Shown in pieces: positions 53,392-64,000 of a stretch of 64,000 nucleotides of DNA (the first letter of the stretch is position 1; each line of letters starts with the position of its first letter). Below the pieces are notes generated by a model. It was not told the DNA's origin. It searched no databases and saw only the letters and a list, made by a program, of their open reading frames with translations. The DNA lies in NCBI RefSeq assembly GCF_006345805.1, contig NC_043024.1, positions 16,802,001-16,866,000 on the forward strand. Reading direction: 5' to 3'. The stretch comes from Octopus sinensis. Lineage: Eukaryota. The position numbers and the translations under genes were made by a program.

Positions 53392-53392
<1 letters not shown>

Positions 53393-53772
53393 CTCTATAT
53401 AAACGGCAGTTTGTCTGTGTGTGTTTCTGTGTGTCTGTTTTCTCGTACCCTCACTCTGACCACGGCTTTCAACCGATTCTGATGAAACTTGACACACACA
53501 TAGCCCGATGTCATAATTCAAAACTAACGCAGCGAAAATTTTGAAAAGTTCCCCCAGTTCTGAAAAAAATCGATAAATTCGACATGGGGTCGAGAATCAG
53601 AAACCCAAACCACAGACCGTCTAGGGGACGCAACTCCACCTTTTTTAACTCTCAAAAAAAATTTACCATCATTTTTTTCCCATTTTTTTGCTATTTTTTG
53701 GCTATAACTCTCTAAAAATGCTTTATAGTTATTTCCCTTACAAACCTGAGCAACGCCGGGCGATACTGCTAG
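53392..53772 (+). mobile_element. Non-autonomous Helitron (CpG-rich, young)
   Basis: A|TC start, subterminal hairpin cctgagcaacgccggg, CTAG|T end, inside (TA)n. Confidence 0.85.
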
Positions 53773-53975
53773 TATATATTAAAGAGAGACATTATGTATA
53801 TATATTATATATATATATATAAAATAAATATAAGAGAGTGGTCACTATATGGCTCACTCTAGCACTAGTTAATCCAAAAGGTTTCAACCACAAAAATACA
53901 TGCTTCCCATGAAATTCAGTACGATTGTTAGCTCACACGGACAGGGCAAATAAAAAATAACAAAAATACAGATTA

Positions 53976-54057
53976 TTTTGGGACAATTGTTTCGCTATTA
54001 ATGAATTAAATGTAATTTTACTTACAAAAAAATCCACTTGTAGCTCCTCAGCCAAAA
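53976..54057 (-). ncRNA. Canonical-core minimal type I hammerhead-ribozyme motif
   Basis: Minus strand TTTTGG-CTGAGGA-GCTA(43 nt)TAGC-GAAA-CAATTG-TC-CCAAAA: 6-bp stem I, 4-bp stem II, palindromic stem III, GUC triplet. Confidence 0.75.
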
Positions 54058-54330
54058 CTATCTGGATGAAATCCACTCAATCACACGCCAGATTTTACCA
54101 TAACGATAAATACACGTGTGGTTCAATTGATTACATCCGACGTTATAATTCAAATGCCCCTACTAACAGCGCGCCAAACTTTCACGGAAAACAAATACTG
54201 CATTTAGAAATAAATGCAGCATAATTATAATTAATTAATAAGGGTGAGAGAATTAGATACTAATTTAATAGTATATCTATTCAACACCAAGTGGCCTAGT
54301 GCTCCGAGAAACCTGGATTAAAGAGAGACA

Positions 54331-54361
<31 letters not shown>

Positions 54362-54555
54362 TGAGACAGAGAAAGTTAGATATATATATATACATACATA
54401 TATTTATACACATATATATATATATATGTATGTATATATGTATGTATGCATGTATGTATATATATATGTATATATGTGTATATATATATATAGTATATTT
54501 GTATAGATATGTACATATATATGTGTATATACACATGCGTATATACATGTATATT

Positions 54556-54591
<36 letters not shown>

Positions 54592-54819
54592 CATGTATAC
54601 ATGCCTATTTATGTATATATACATAACTGTGTTATATATGTTTATGTTTTTTTGTTTGTTTTCAGTCATTTGACTGTGGCCACAGAGATGTAAACAAACT
54701 AACATTGGTTGCCAAGGGATAGTTGGGGAACACAGACACAAACATATACACACATAAATGCATACATACATACATACATATTCATATACATATTTATGTG
54801 TGTGTGCGTGTATATATAT

Positions 54820-54970
54820 AGGGAGAGTTTACAAAAAAAACAAAAGACGAAGACAGGTGGTGTACAAAACAAACAGATGTATTAGTATAATGCTCAGGAA
54901 TTGAAAAAGTATTTTACGTTTCGAGCCTATGCTCTTCTACAGAAAGAGACACAGAAAAAAACAAGGAGCG
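54820..54970 (-). mobile_element. Penelope-LTR-like repeat related to the 18788 element
   Basis: Minus strand ctttctgtagaagagcataggctcgaaacgtaaaa..ttcctgagc. Confidence 0.55.
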
Positions 54971-55802
54971 ACACACACACCATATAAGCTGGTGTGCAAT
55001 GCGACTGGCTGTACAAGACGACCCCTTAGGATTTCCATTTAAAAAGTGGGTTTTGAGCTATACTTGCTGAATAATACTAACCCAAGTTTTCACAGATTTA
55101 TATATAATTAAGAATCAGTTGAATTAGGTACTGAAATTGAGGCATCTTTCTAGGTCAGTATAATCTGCACACCCAAACAATATTAAATGAATTTTAAATA
55201 GCAAGACTCCATGCAAAGATGTTGATGGTTTTATTAATTATAAAGAAAGTCAGATCCAGTGAAATGTGTGCATCAAATCATTGATGAACTGTTTTCTACC
55301 TAAAGAATCACACCTCGTATTTGATAGTAAAATATAATTCTTTCATCTTTGTCAATGTCTGAGACCAGTAATGCATACAAGTGATAGCGGATGCCACCCA
55401 CCAAAAAATGGCAGTACTTTGCTTGCTTTTTTTTTACTTAATTTTTTGTTTTACTTTTTTTTTTACTGGGGCAGTGAACAGTTTCATGGTAATTCTAAAA
55501 AGTTAATTAAAGATATTGATGTTTTATTTACAAAAGTATTATGATGTTATTTACAGAACATTGAAAGATAGCAATACCATCATTCCAGAAGTTTTTTTTT
55601 TTATCACAATATTCTTCCTAAGACTGCAAGTTCCAGAAAGATATCACAGTTATTAAAATATTTCTCATTTCTCTTTTGTGCTGAAAGAAAACCACATTGA
55701 AATTCTCGCTCTGTCATTCACTCTCATAACTCTCTCACTGTTGCTCACTCTTTCCTTCTTTCGTCGTTCTTCTAATCATTTTCATTTTATTTTCCTTATT
55801 GT

Positions 55803-56178
55803 TATCTTTTATCGTTCACTTGTTTCAGTCATTTGACTGTGCCCATACTGGGGCATTGTCTTGATGGCATTTAGCCAAACTAATAGGCCCCAGAACTTTT
55901 GGGCTTTTTTTTTTAAGCCTGGTACTTTGACCACTTTTGCCAAACTGCTAAGTTATGGGGATGTAAACATACCGACACTGGTTGTCAGGTGGTGGTGGGG
56001 GACAAACACAGACACACACACAGATACGATGGGATTCTTTTAGTTTCATTCTACCAACACCATCAGAAGGTTTTGGTCACCCGAGACTATAGTAGAAAAC
56101 ATTTGCCCAAGGTTTCACACAATGGGACTGAACCTGGAACCATGTGGTTGGGAAGCAAACTTCTTACCACACAGCCAC
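55803..56178 (-). mobile_element. Diverged SINE family A
   Basis: Reverse-complement copy. Confidence 0.75.
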
Positions 56179-56286
56179 ATCTGTTGCTCACTTTCTAATT
56201 GAAATTTATCAGCCATCTACCTGCACACCATCTCCTCCCTACAGCAACAGCAAATAAATGCATATCGCTAATTATGATGTGAATAT

Positions 56287-56329
<43 letters not shown>

Positions 56330-56346
56330 ATATATATATATTTATA

Positions 56347-56771
56347 CTCTTTTACTCTTTTACTTGTTTCAGTCATTTGACTGCGGCCATTCTGGAGCAC
56401 CGCCTTTAATCGAGCAAATCGACCCCGGGACTTATTCTTTTGTAAGCCCAGTACTTATTCTATTGGTCTCTTTTGCCGAACTGCTAAGTAACAGGGACAT
56501 AAACACACCAGCATCAGTTGTCAAGCAATGCTAGGGGGACAAACACAGACGCACATATATATATATATATACATATACACAGACACATATATATATATAT
56601 ATACATATATACGACGGGCTTCTTTCAGTTTCCGTCTACCAAATCCACTTACAAGGCTTTGGTCGGCCCGAGACTATAGTAGAAGACACTTGCCCATGGT
56701 GCCACGCAGTGGGACTGAACCCGGAACCATGTGGTTGGTAAACAAGCTACTTACCACACAGCCACTCCTGC
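56347..56771 (-). mobile_element. SINE family A
   Basis: Full-length reverse-complement copy. Confidence 0.85.
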
Positions 56772-56782
56772 ATACACACACA

Positions 56783-57178
56783 ACAATTGAAAGAAAGATG
56801 TCAATTCATTACGGCCATTTCTAATGATTCCTTTAATAGAATAATGAGTATATTATATAATTATAAAGAAACTGTTTCCCTCAGATGAATGCATGAACCT
56901 TGCAATTAACAACATTCCAAATGATTTAACATCTTTCAAAATCCACAGAGCAAAAGATTTTCACTGATTCTGCTGCTATTACAGTTGACAGAATCAGTGA
57001 AAATGTTTTGCTCCGTAGATTTTGAAATATGTTAAATCAATTGGAATGTCATTAATTGCTAGGTTCACGCATTCATCTGAAGAAAACGGTTTCTTTATAA
57101 TGATATAACGAACTCATTAATAAATTCAAGGAGTCATTAGAAACGGCTGTAATCAATTGACTCCTGTTCTTCAATTGT
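56783..57178. repeat. ~396-bp diverged fold-back palindrome
   Basis: Arms of ~190 bp (e.g. ttttcactgattctg / cagaatcagtgaaaa, tcagatgaatgc / gcattcatctga) around a ~15-nt loop. Confidence 0.85.
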
Positions 57179-57440
57179 TACTTATTTATATTTTATTCAT
57201 GTATCTCAGAACATGTCCTCCACAAATTCTGAAGTATAGTATAGACTTTAAATTTAATAAAATGTACATGTCCAAATAGCTCAAGAATTCAGCTGGGTCA
57301 AATTGTCTGTATGCACCACAAAAATATCATTCTGCCGGCATTCCTGTACCAATGTTGATATTTACATAATATCGTTGTGTGTGTATATTATTCCGGCCCA
57401 ATGAGGTGCCTCAACTTAAGTACCTAATTCCACTGAATCT

Positions 57441-57493
<53 letters not shown>

Positions 57494-57527
57494 GTATTGG
57501 TATCCAGAAGACTCAATTTAGCTAGTA

Positions 57528-58740
57528 TCAGGTTATCCCATAGGTTCTGTCCGAATTTTGAATAAAGAAAACAAGTGATCAAATGTTATAATTAATTAAA
57601 ATTTAATCATCAATGTACTTTCCCTGATTATCTATGACTTCCTTCCATCTATTTACAAGCTTTTTAATCCCATCAATGTAAAACTCTTTTGGTTTCAAAG
57701 CGAAGAACTCTGAAATGTCAGTTTCGACCCCTTCCTAGCTTGCGAAACTTATGTCCCCCAAATGATTCTGTAAACTATGAAACAAATAGTAGTCTGAAGG
57801 AGCAAGATTGGGAGAATAAGGTGGATGAGGAATTTTTTCCCAAACAAGCTTTTCGGTCGTCTGTGATGTGATCTTTGCAGTGTAGGGTCACGCATTGTCC
57901 TGATGAAACATCACTCCTTTCCGATTCACTAAAGCGCATCTTTTTTTCTTTGAAGCTTGGTTCAAATGCTCTAATTGCTGACAGTAGACTTGAGCATTGA
58001 TTGTTGCATTAGGTGGCAACAATTCAAAGTGAATTACTCCTTTGCAATCCCCCCAGATAGAGAGAAGAACCTTTTTCCCATGAAGCTCCCTTCTTGGTTA
58101 TGGTTGGGCCTTTTCCCTTTTACCAAGCCACTGTTTACGACGTTTAGTATTTCGATAGAAGATCCATTTTTTTTCACCAGTCACAAGTCTATCCAAAAAA
58201 GGTGAAATTAGTTTGCAAGAATGGAGAGAAGAGCAGATGTCAACTCAGGATTTGCGGTTGCTTTTGGACAATTCATGAGGCACCCATTTTCCAAGTTGTT
58301 AAAGATGACGATAAACAGTTGTATGGTTTGAACTAAGATTTATTGCAGGATTTTTTCAAGTAATGCCTCATGGAGTTTATCATCAAACTTGACTAGACGT
58401 CCTGTTCAATCTTCATCTTCAAGGCTGAAATCTCCACTTTGCAAACCATCTTCTGCAAGTTCTTTCATTCAATCATTCTTTCCCATAAACTGAGTGTATG
58501 TTTCGAGTTGCTTCGGTTGCAGAGTTTCCCTTTTTGTACTCATAAAGCATCATGTGCCTCAAATGCTCTTTGGATACTTCCATGTTAGAAAGAGTTTTAA
58601 TCAAAGAAATTTTAATTCTATTATTCTGTTAAATAATATTTAATTAGAATTTTTAATTCCATTAGACATTCTAAAATACTATTAAATTTCATTCAATTTT
58701 AAAAAAGGTAAAATCAGACAGAACTTATGAGATGACCTGA
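57528..58740 (-). mobile_element. Full-span decayed mariner
   Basis: TIR tcaggttatcccataggttctgtc / gacagaacttatgagatgacctga with TA on both sides. Transposase from ATG 58583, MEVSKEHLRHMMLYEYKKGNSATEATRNI..RRWF and FHQDNA, with stops and frameshifts. Confidence 0.88.
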
Positions 58741-59413
58741 TACAATAAATCCCTACATCTATTTTTAGAAACTTGACCAATATATCTTATTATTCTTCCT
58801 TTCCTTCTTGAGGTTTACTGCTCACTTAGGTACACCCCCCCATACCATCTTCTTTACCTGTCTCCACACCTTAGTGCCTTTGATACATATCACCCCACCG
58901 CCTACTTCTCTCACTTATTCCTTCCTTACATTCTTATCTCTTCCTTCTATCCCTCCCTCTGTTCCTTTTATCCTGACAGCTCTTCTCTCCCTCCCCCATC
59001 ACAATATCTTGACCACCATCTAGCACTCCTATTTTCATTTTTTCTTCCTTTTCTGTCTTTATTTCTTTCTTCTTTCCTACCCTATTCCTTTTGACTAATA
59101 CCTTACATACATTCTCAAAATTTCATTCACATCACAAGACCCCTTTGAATGAACAGCACATGGAATTTATGTCTCCACACTATCCACTTGTAATAACAAA
59201 ATATGAACTCCTATCGGAACCTACATACCATGGACAAGAAGCATTTCTACCCATTCTACACAGCACTTTCCTTGGATAATGGAACTGCAACATCCTACAT
59301 ATATTTTTATTTTTATTCTCTTATTTCCCTTTATACTTCATATATCCATCCTTTTCCAAAGTAACTCTTATACTGAACTCAACTATTTCCTTCTAATTAA
59401 CTCTCTCATATCA

Positions 59414-59459
59414 TCTCTGATGAAGGGACATCCCTCACATCCTTGAAACGACTGTAAGA
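59414..59459 (+). ncRNA. Type I hammerhead-ribozyme motif in a Penelope-LTR-like repeat
   Basis: tct-CTGATGA-AGGGA(11 nt)TCCTT-GAAA-C gact G-TA-aga. Confidence 0.6.
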
Positions 59460-59573
59460 CTACCTTTCTCTTTATAAATGTCCTATAAATTCCACACAGC
59501 CTTGGTTTTGTTGTCTCATTTTAACACACACAAACACACACAAACATAAACACACACAATCTTACACACACAC

Positions 59574-59610
<37 letters not shown>

Positions 59611-59651
59611 TATGTAATACATAATATATATATTGTATATCCAGTGCATCC

Positions 59652-59866
59652 TTCTTTTCTGCTCTAAGCATAAGGTCTAAAATTTTTCGGGAGGGGTCAG
59701 TTGATTAGATCAACCCCAGTTCGCAACAGCTACTTAATTTATCAACCCCAAAAGGATGAAAGGCAAAGTCGACCTCAGCAGAATTTGAACTCAGAACATA
59801 AAGACAGACGAAATACCGCTAAGTCTTTTGAGTGGCTTGCTAATGTTTCTGCCAGCTCACTGCCTT
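59652..59866 (-). mobile_element. SINE family B
   Basis: Reverse-complement copy. Confidence 0.75.
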
Positions 59867-60689
59867 ATCTAATGCGTTGGGATAAATTGCTTTGCAGTAA
59901 TCATCCTGGCTCTGAGTTCAAATTCTACTGAAGTCATCTTTGATGTTCATCTTTTCAGGATTGATAGATAAAATACCAGTTACGTGCTGGGGGAAGAAGA
60001 GGGGTTAATTCTTCTCATTCTCTAACTCTTGTTTTTTTCTTTTTATTCTGCGTTTGTCTGACTTTCTCTCTTCTGGAGCCAATGGTTGTTGTCAGACCTG
60101 GAGAGGGATGGGTTCCACCAGGTCTAAGAATGGCCCAAACCCATATCTCACCTTCACTCTCTCCGAAATCCTTCATATTATTTATTGGTTCCTCCAGTCT
60201 TACAGCTTTTATAGTTGCGTTTATCAATCTGAGCAAAAACACCATAGATTAGTGAGGATCCTTTGGTCCCATGGTCTGCAAAGTAATCTCACCGTACTGG
60301 CCCCATGATAAACTAGTTGGAAAAACAACAAAACAGGGCTGAAAGGATCCTCCAGATTATTCCTCTTGAGGATGTGACAGCCTGTCGTGTGCTAGAACCA
60401 CAATAATTTACTCCCAGTAAACTCAACAGTGCTGCTGGATGCAGTGATGGTTGTGGTAATGTTGGTGCTGGTGGTGGAGGCAGTGGTAGTGATGATTTTG
60501 TCCTCTTTTCATTCTGTGTTTGGTTCCTGTTGTAGCTTGCTTGGGTAATAAACCTAATCAATTTCTCTGTTCAAATCCAACTTCAAGGACTGTGGCTGCC
60601 TTTAGAGTGGAGGGCACAGTTTTGCAAGTATTCAGAATGGCTCTTTGGTTTTAGAATGTATTCCTTTTTCTCTTCCTCCCATCGGTTTC

Positions 60690-61200
60690 AGTGGTCATGT
60701 AAAGGCTCATGGGCACTGCTTTCCCAGTGGATTTTCAGTCCTGCTAGGGACTTGACTTACACTCTTTTGCACAGATGTGGCAATGACGGGCAACTCTTGC
60801 AGTAGGTGTTGCAATATTGATTTTGGTGACCCATCACACGATGTGTCAGTCCACCTCCTGATCCACAGTCTTTTCCACACACACCTGTAAGTCGAGATGC
60901 AGTGTAATGCATAGTTAACTTCCTAGTGTGTGGCAGCTTCTGTGATGACTTTCAAAATCTCCCTTCCTCCGGCAGACACAACCACACTTGGTACATGTTA
61001 GATCTGTCTGTACACTATCAACATCCATCTTCAGTTTTTCATGCTCAATATGATTTCATTTGAATTCCCTCTTCCCATCATGCCTGATGTTGTATTACTG
61101 GTGAAAGATTTATAGCAGCAAGACGTGCAGAGCAATCATTTGGTATTTCCAAATGATGAATACCCTATTGTGATGTATGTTCTGTCCTAATTTTACAAAG
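60690..61200 (-). mobile_element. Decayed LINE (RTE-like) 3' end encoding three tandem zinc-finger-like motifs
   Basis: Minus strand CTKCGCVCRRKGDFESHHRSC, then VCGKDCGSGGGLTH, then CHICAKECKS/AGLKIH, broken by stops and frameshifts. Confidence 0.55.
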
Positions 61201-63024
61201 TCTCCCTTGTCACTCTTCTCTTTCACTAACCAATGATTCTCTTACTGGTGAAGCAGGAAATAAAGAAAATAAGAGTATTTTCTATTTCACTACCATGACC
61301 ACCAACAACAACAACATCAGCATCATTGTCATCATCACCATTGTCATCATCATCATCATTATCATTGTCATCATCACTACATTGATGCTAGCATCTTTGC
61401 TACAATTGCTGTCATCATTGCAGTCATGACTGTCTTTGTCATCATCATATTCATTTGATGCCTTATTCCTCCTCGTCATCGCTATCATGGCTGTCATTAA
61501 CATTTAGCATAACATCATCCTCATTCTACTCCTCCGCCTCCTCTTCATTCATCCTCATCCTCATTGTTTTCATTCGTCTCCTCTCCTTCCTCATCCTCCT
61601 CATTATCATCATTATCACTGATTATCATCTTTGCCTTCAGCCACCTACTTCATCTCCTTTCATCACCACCACTACAATCACTACTCCCCTCCAACCGTAG
61701 CCACCACACACACACACGCACACACACACACTACCACACGCTTACACATACATGCCACCACACACACACATGCCACCACACACACTCACACCACCACCAC
61801 CACACAGACACTCATCACCGCCACTACCCTCACCACCCCTGATAACCCCATAAACAAACTGCGACCACCACAACTGACAAGAAGCCAACAGGTTCCACAG
61901 AACACTTAATTGAATTACACTGAATGTCATTGTTAGAGGTTAATTAATTAACCGATCACTAATAATGCGAATTATAGTGATTAGTGTTACCACCTGCTTT
62001 GACTTGTCACTTAATGAGTAAGCTAATGAGAGAGCCACAGTGTAGTCAAACAGACGGCTAGAAATAGCAGCCAAGTCACTCTTGAGTATTAATAAAAAGA
62101 AGGACACCTTGGTGTAAATATAGCTTTCGATATATTCTTGAAAATACGACAGGGTGGTCATGACTGGAACTGTTTTCAGTATAGGTTTGCTTGATTAAGG
62201 CTGACATGACACAAACTTAAACTAAGTAGATGCTTAACTTGCTAGAATTCTCATTTATTGTCTTAAAAATCAGAATGGCACAAGTGTTTTTAGATACACT
62301 TCATCTGAAAATATTGATTAGGATGGTCATGGTTGGATGACTTGGAGTAACAAATGACAAGCACAAACCTATGTGAGAGTGTCTTTGACAATGAATGCCC
62401 TGCTAAAAATAGCAGTCAAATATCTCTTAAATATCCTACAGTATTAAAGAAAGGAAGAACATACAAAGTTATGTATTCCTAGATAGCTAAGGGCTCCAAT
62501 GGAAAGTGATGATTAAGTTCCTCTCTCAAGCAAGGCAAGGTCTTTTTATTTCATTGAAGACCCTCTGTTTTCCCTGACACAAGTCACCCATCTCAGTGCT
62601 ACTGGTGGTGCCTAGTTTGGGACTAGAGTTATCATAGTGGTACCAGAAAGTAAAGAGTTAGAACAAATACCACAAGGCATTTTGTCCCTACAACAATTCC
62701 ATTAAGTCATGGACCCCCACCTAGACCTCCAGAAGGACAAGGCTAACCTCAACAGGATTTGAACTCTAAAATGTAAAGAACTGGAACAAATCTCTCTTCC
62801 TGGACTGATACATCATTTCATTGACCCTGGAGGGATGGAATGTAAAGTTGGTCCTGGTTGCATTTGAACCCAGAACATACAGGACTGCAAATCAGTTTCC
62901 CTGATGTTTTTATGATTCTACTCATTCATTTCTAGATATATCAAGTCAAGGGGGGGATGGTTACAGCTGGAGTGTCTCTGATTTCAGCTATCTTAGGCAA
63001 CAGTACTGTGACCGTCAGAGAGCA

Positions 63025-63250
63025 CCTTCTTCTTCTTCTTCTTCTTCTTCTTCTTCTTCTTCTTCTTCTTCTTCTTCTTCTTCTTCTTCTTCTTCTTCTT
63101 CTCTTCTTCTTCTTCTTCTTCTCCTCCTCCTCCTCCTCCTCCTCCTCCTCCTCCTCTCCTCCTTCCTCATCCTCCTCCTCCTCCTCTCCACTTCTTCTTC
63201 CTCCTCCTCCTCCACTTCTTCTTCCTCCTCCACCACCTTCTCCTCCTTCA
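63025..63250. repeat. (CTT)n-(CCT)n polypyrimidine tract
   Basis: Seen directly. Confidence 0.95.
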
Positions 63251-63879
63251 CCCACCCATCTCCTCGATCTCCCCAACCACTACCTTCCTCCCCCACTTTG
63301 TTGTTGTTGTCATCATCATCATCATCACCATTACTGTGTTGGCTTCCAACAACTCAATTATTGCAGATGCTGGCCTACAACTTACGTGCTTGTATGACAC
63401 TGTCGCTACAACTGCAGAGACAGAATATTTCCTCTCACAGACATAACTACACATACATAAATGTACATGTGCACACACACACACACACACACACAATTAG
63501 TGGTGTTTCCTGATTGGCTGTAAGGTACGCAAAGCAGACACACCGAAGATTAGGATTTATAAATGAATTCAGGTAACAAACATTTTGATGTAAATGCTTC
63601 ATTTTAAGGGGCACAGCTGGAAAACAAGTATCACCCTGTTTTATGTACCCTATATTGCATGCACTGGCTGAGATGCAAGGGATTACCACTGATGTGTATG
63701 TGTGTGTGCACATAGATATATATATATATTATCCGACTTGTACGGTATTATATGTCCATTACAGCTGATCTTATCAATTGGTTTCATGCTAGAGATTCAA
63801 CAGAATCTTACATGACAATCTGATTATGTAATATGGAATGAAATATGGCAATCTCTGTCTGCCTCTCTCTCTCTCTCTC

Positions 63880-63910
<31 letters not shown>

Positions 63911-63930
63911 ATATATATATTACACACACA

Positions 63931-64000
63931 TAGGAGTGGCTGTGTGGTAAGTATCTTGCTTACCAACCACATGGTTCCAGGTTCAGTCTTGCTGCATGGC
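63931..64000 (+). mobile_element. SINE family A head (runs off the window)
   Basis: ggagtggctgtgtggtaagtatcttgcttaccaaccacatggttcc. Confidence 0.8.

Noticed and set aside
53478-53490. ctgatgaaac matches here and at ~57900
   Set aside because: Parts of the Helitron body and the mariner FHQDN codons; no stems.
60015-60561. Short minus-strand ORFs with a Pro-rich stretch
   Set aside because: No recognisable domain or splice structure; probably decayed retroelement sequence.
62941-63513. Poly-L/S/P/E/R ORFs
   Set aside because: (CTT)n/(CCT)n repeats with no splice or codon evidence.

Overview
AT-rich, microsatellite- and transposon-saturated animal DNA. The SINE families look like octopus/coleoid cephalopod repeats (recognised from memory, not searched). 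The only supported host coding feature is a GC/CpG-rich exon (8183-8924, +). It encodes a long low-complexity N-terminus, one transmembrane helix and a CNWC/basic motif resembling synaptotagmin-7. It ends in a phase-2 GTAAGT donor, and I recognise no later exon, so the remaining ~55 kb is probably one giant intron. That region holds >20 copies of one tRNA-derived SINE and two other SINE families. It also holds RTE and R4/Dong LINE remnants, three TIR-bounded mariners (one carrying a nested piggyBac), two non-autonomous Helitrons, and hAT-, Merlin- and piggyBac-like MITEs. The most interesting signal is a set of minimal hammerhead-ribozyme motifs in Penelope-LTR-like repeats. One is fully canonical (53976-54057, -) and one family carries a compensatory G3-C8 core swap (1962-2109). 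Several long fold-back hairpins also occur. Nearly all entries in the ORF track are microsatellite or SINE artefacts. Boundaries of degraded repeats are approximate.
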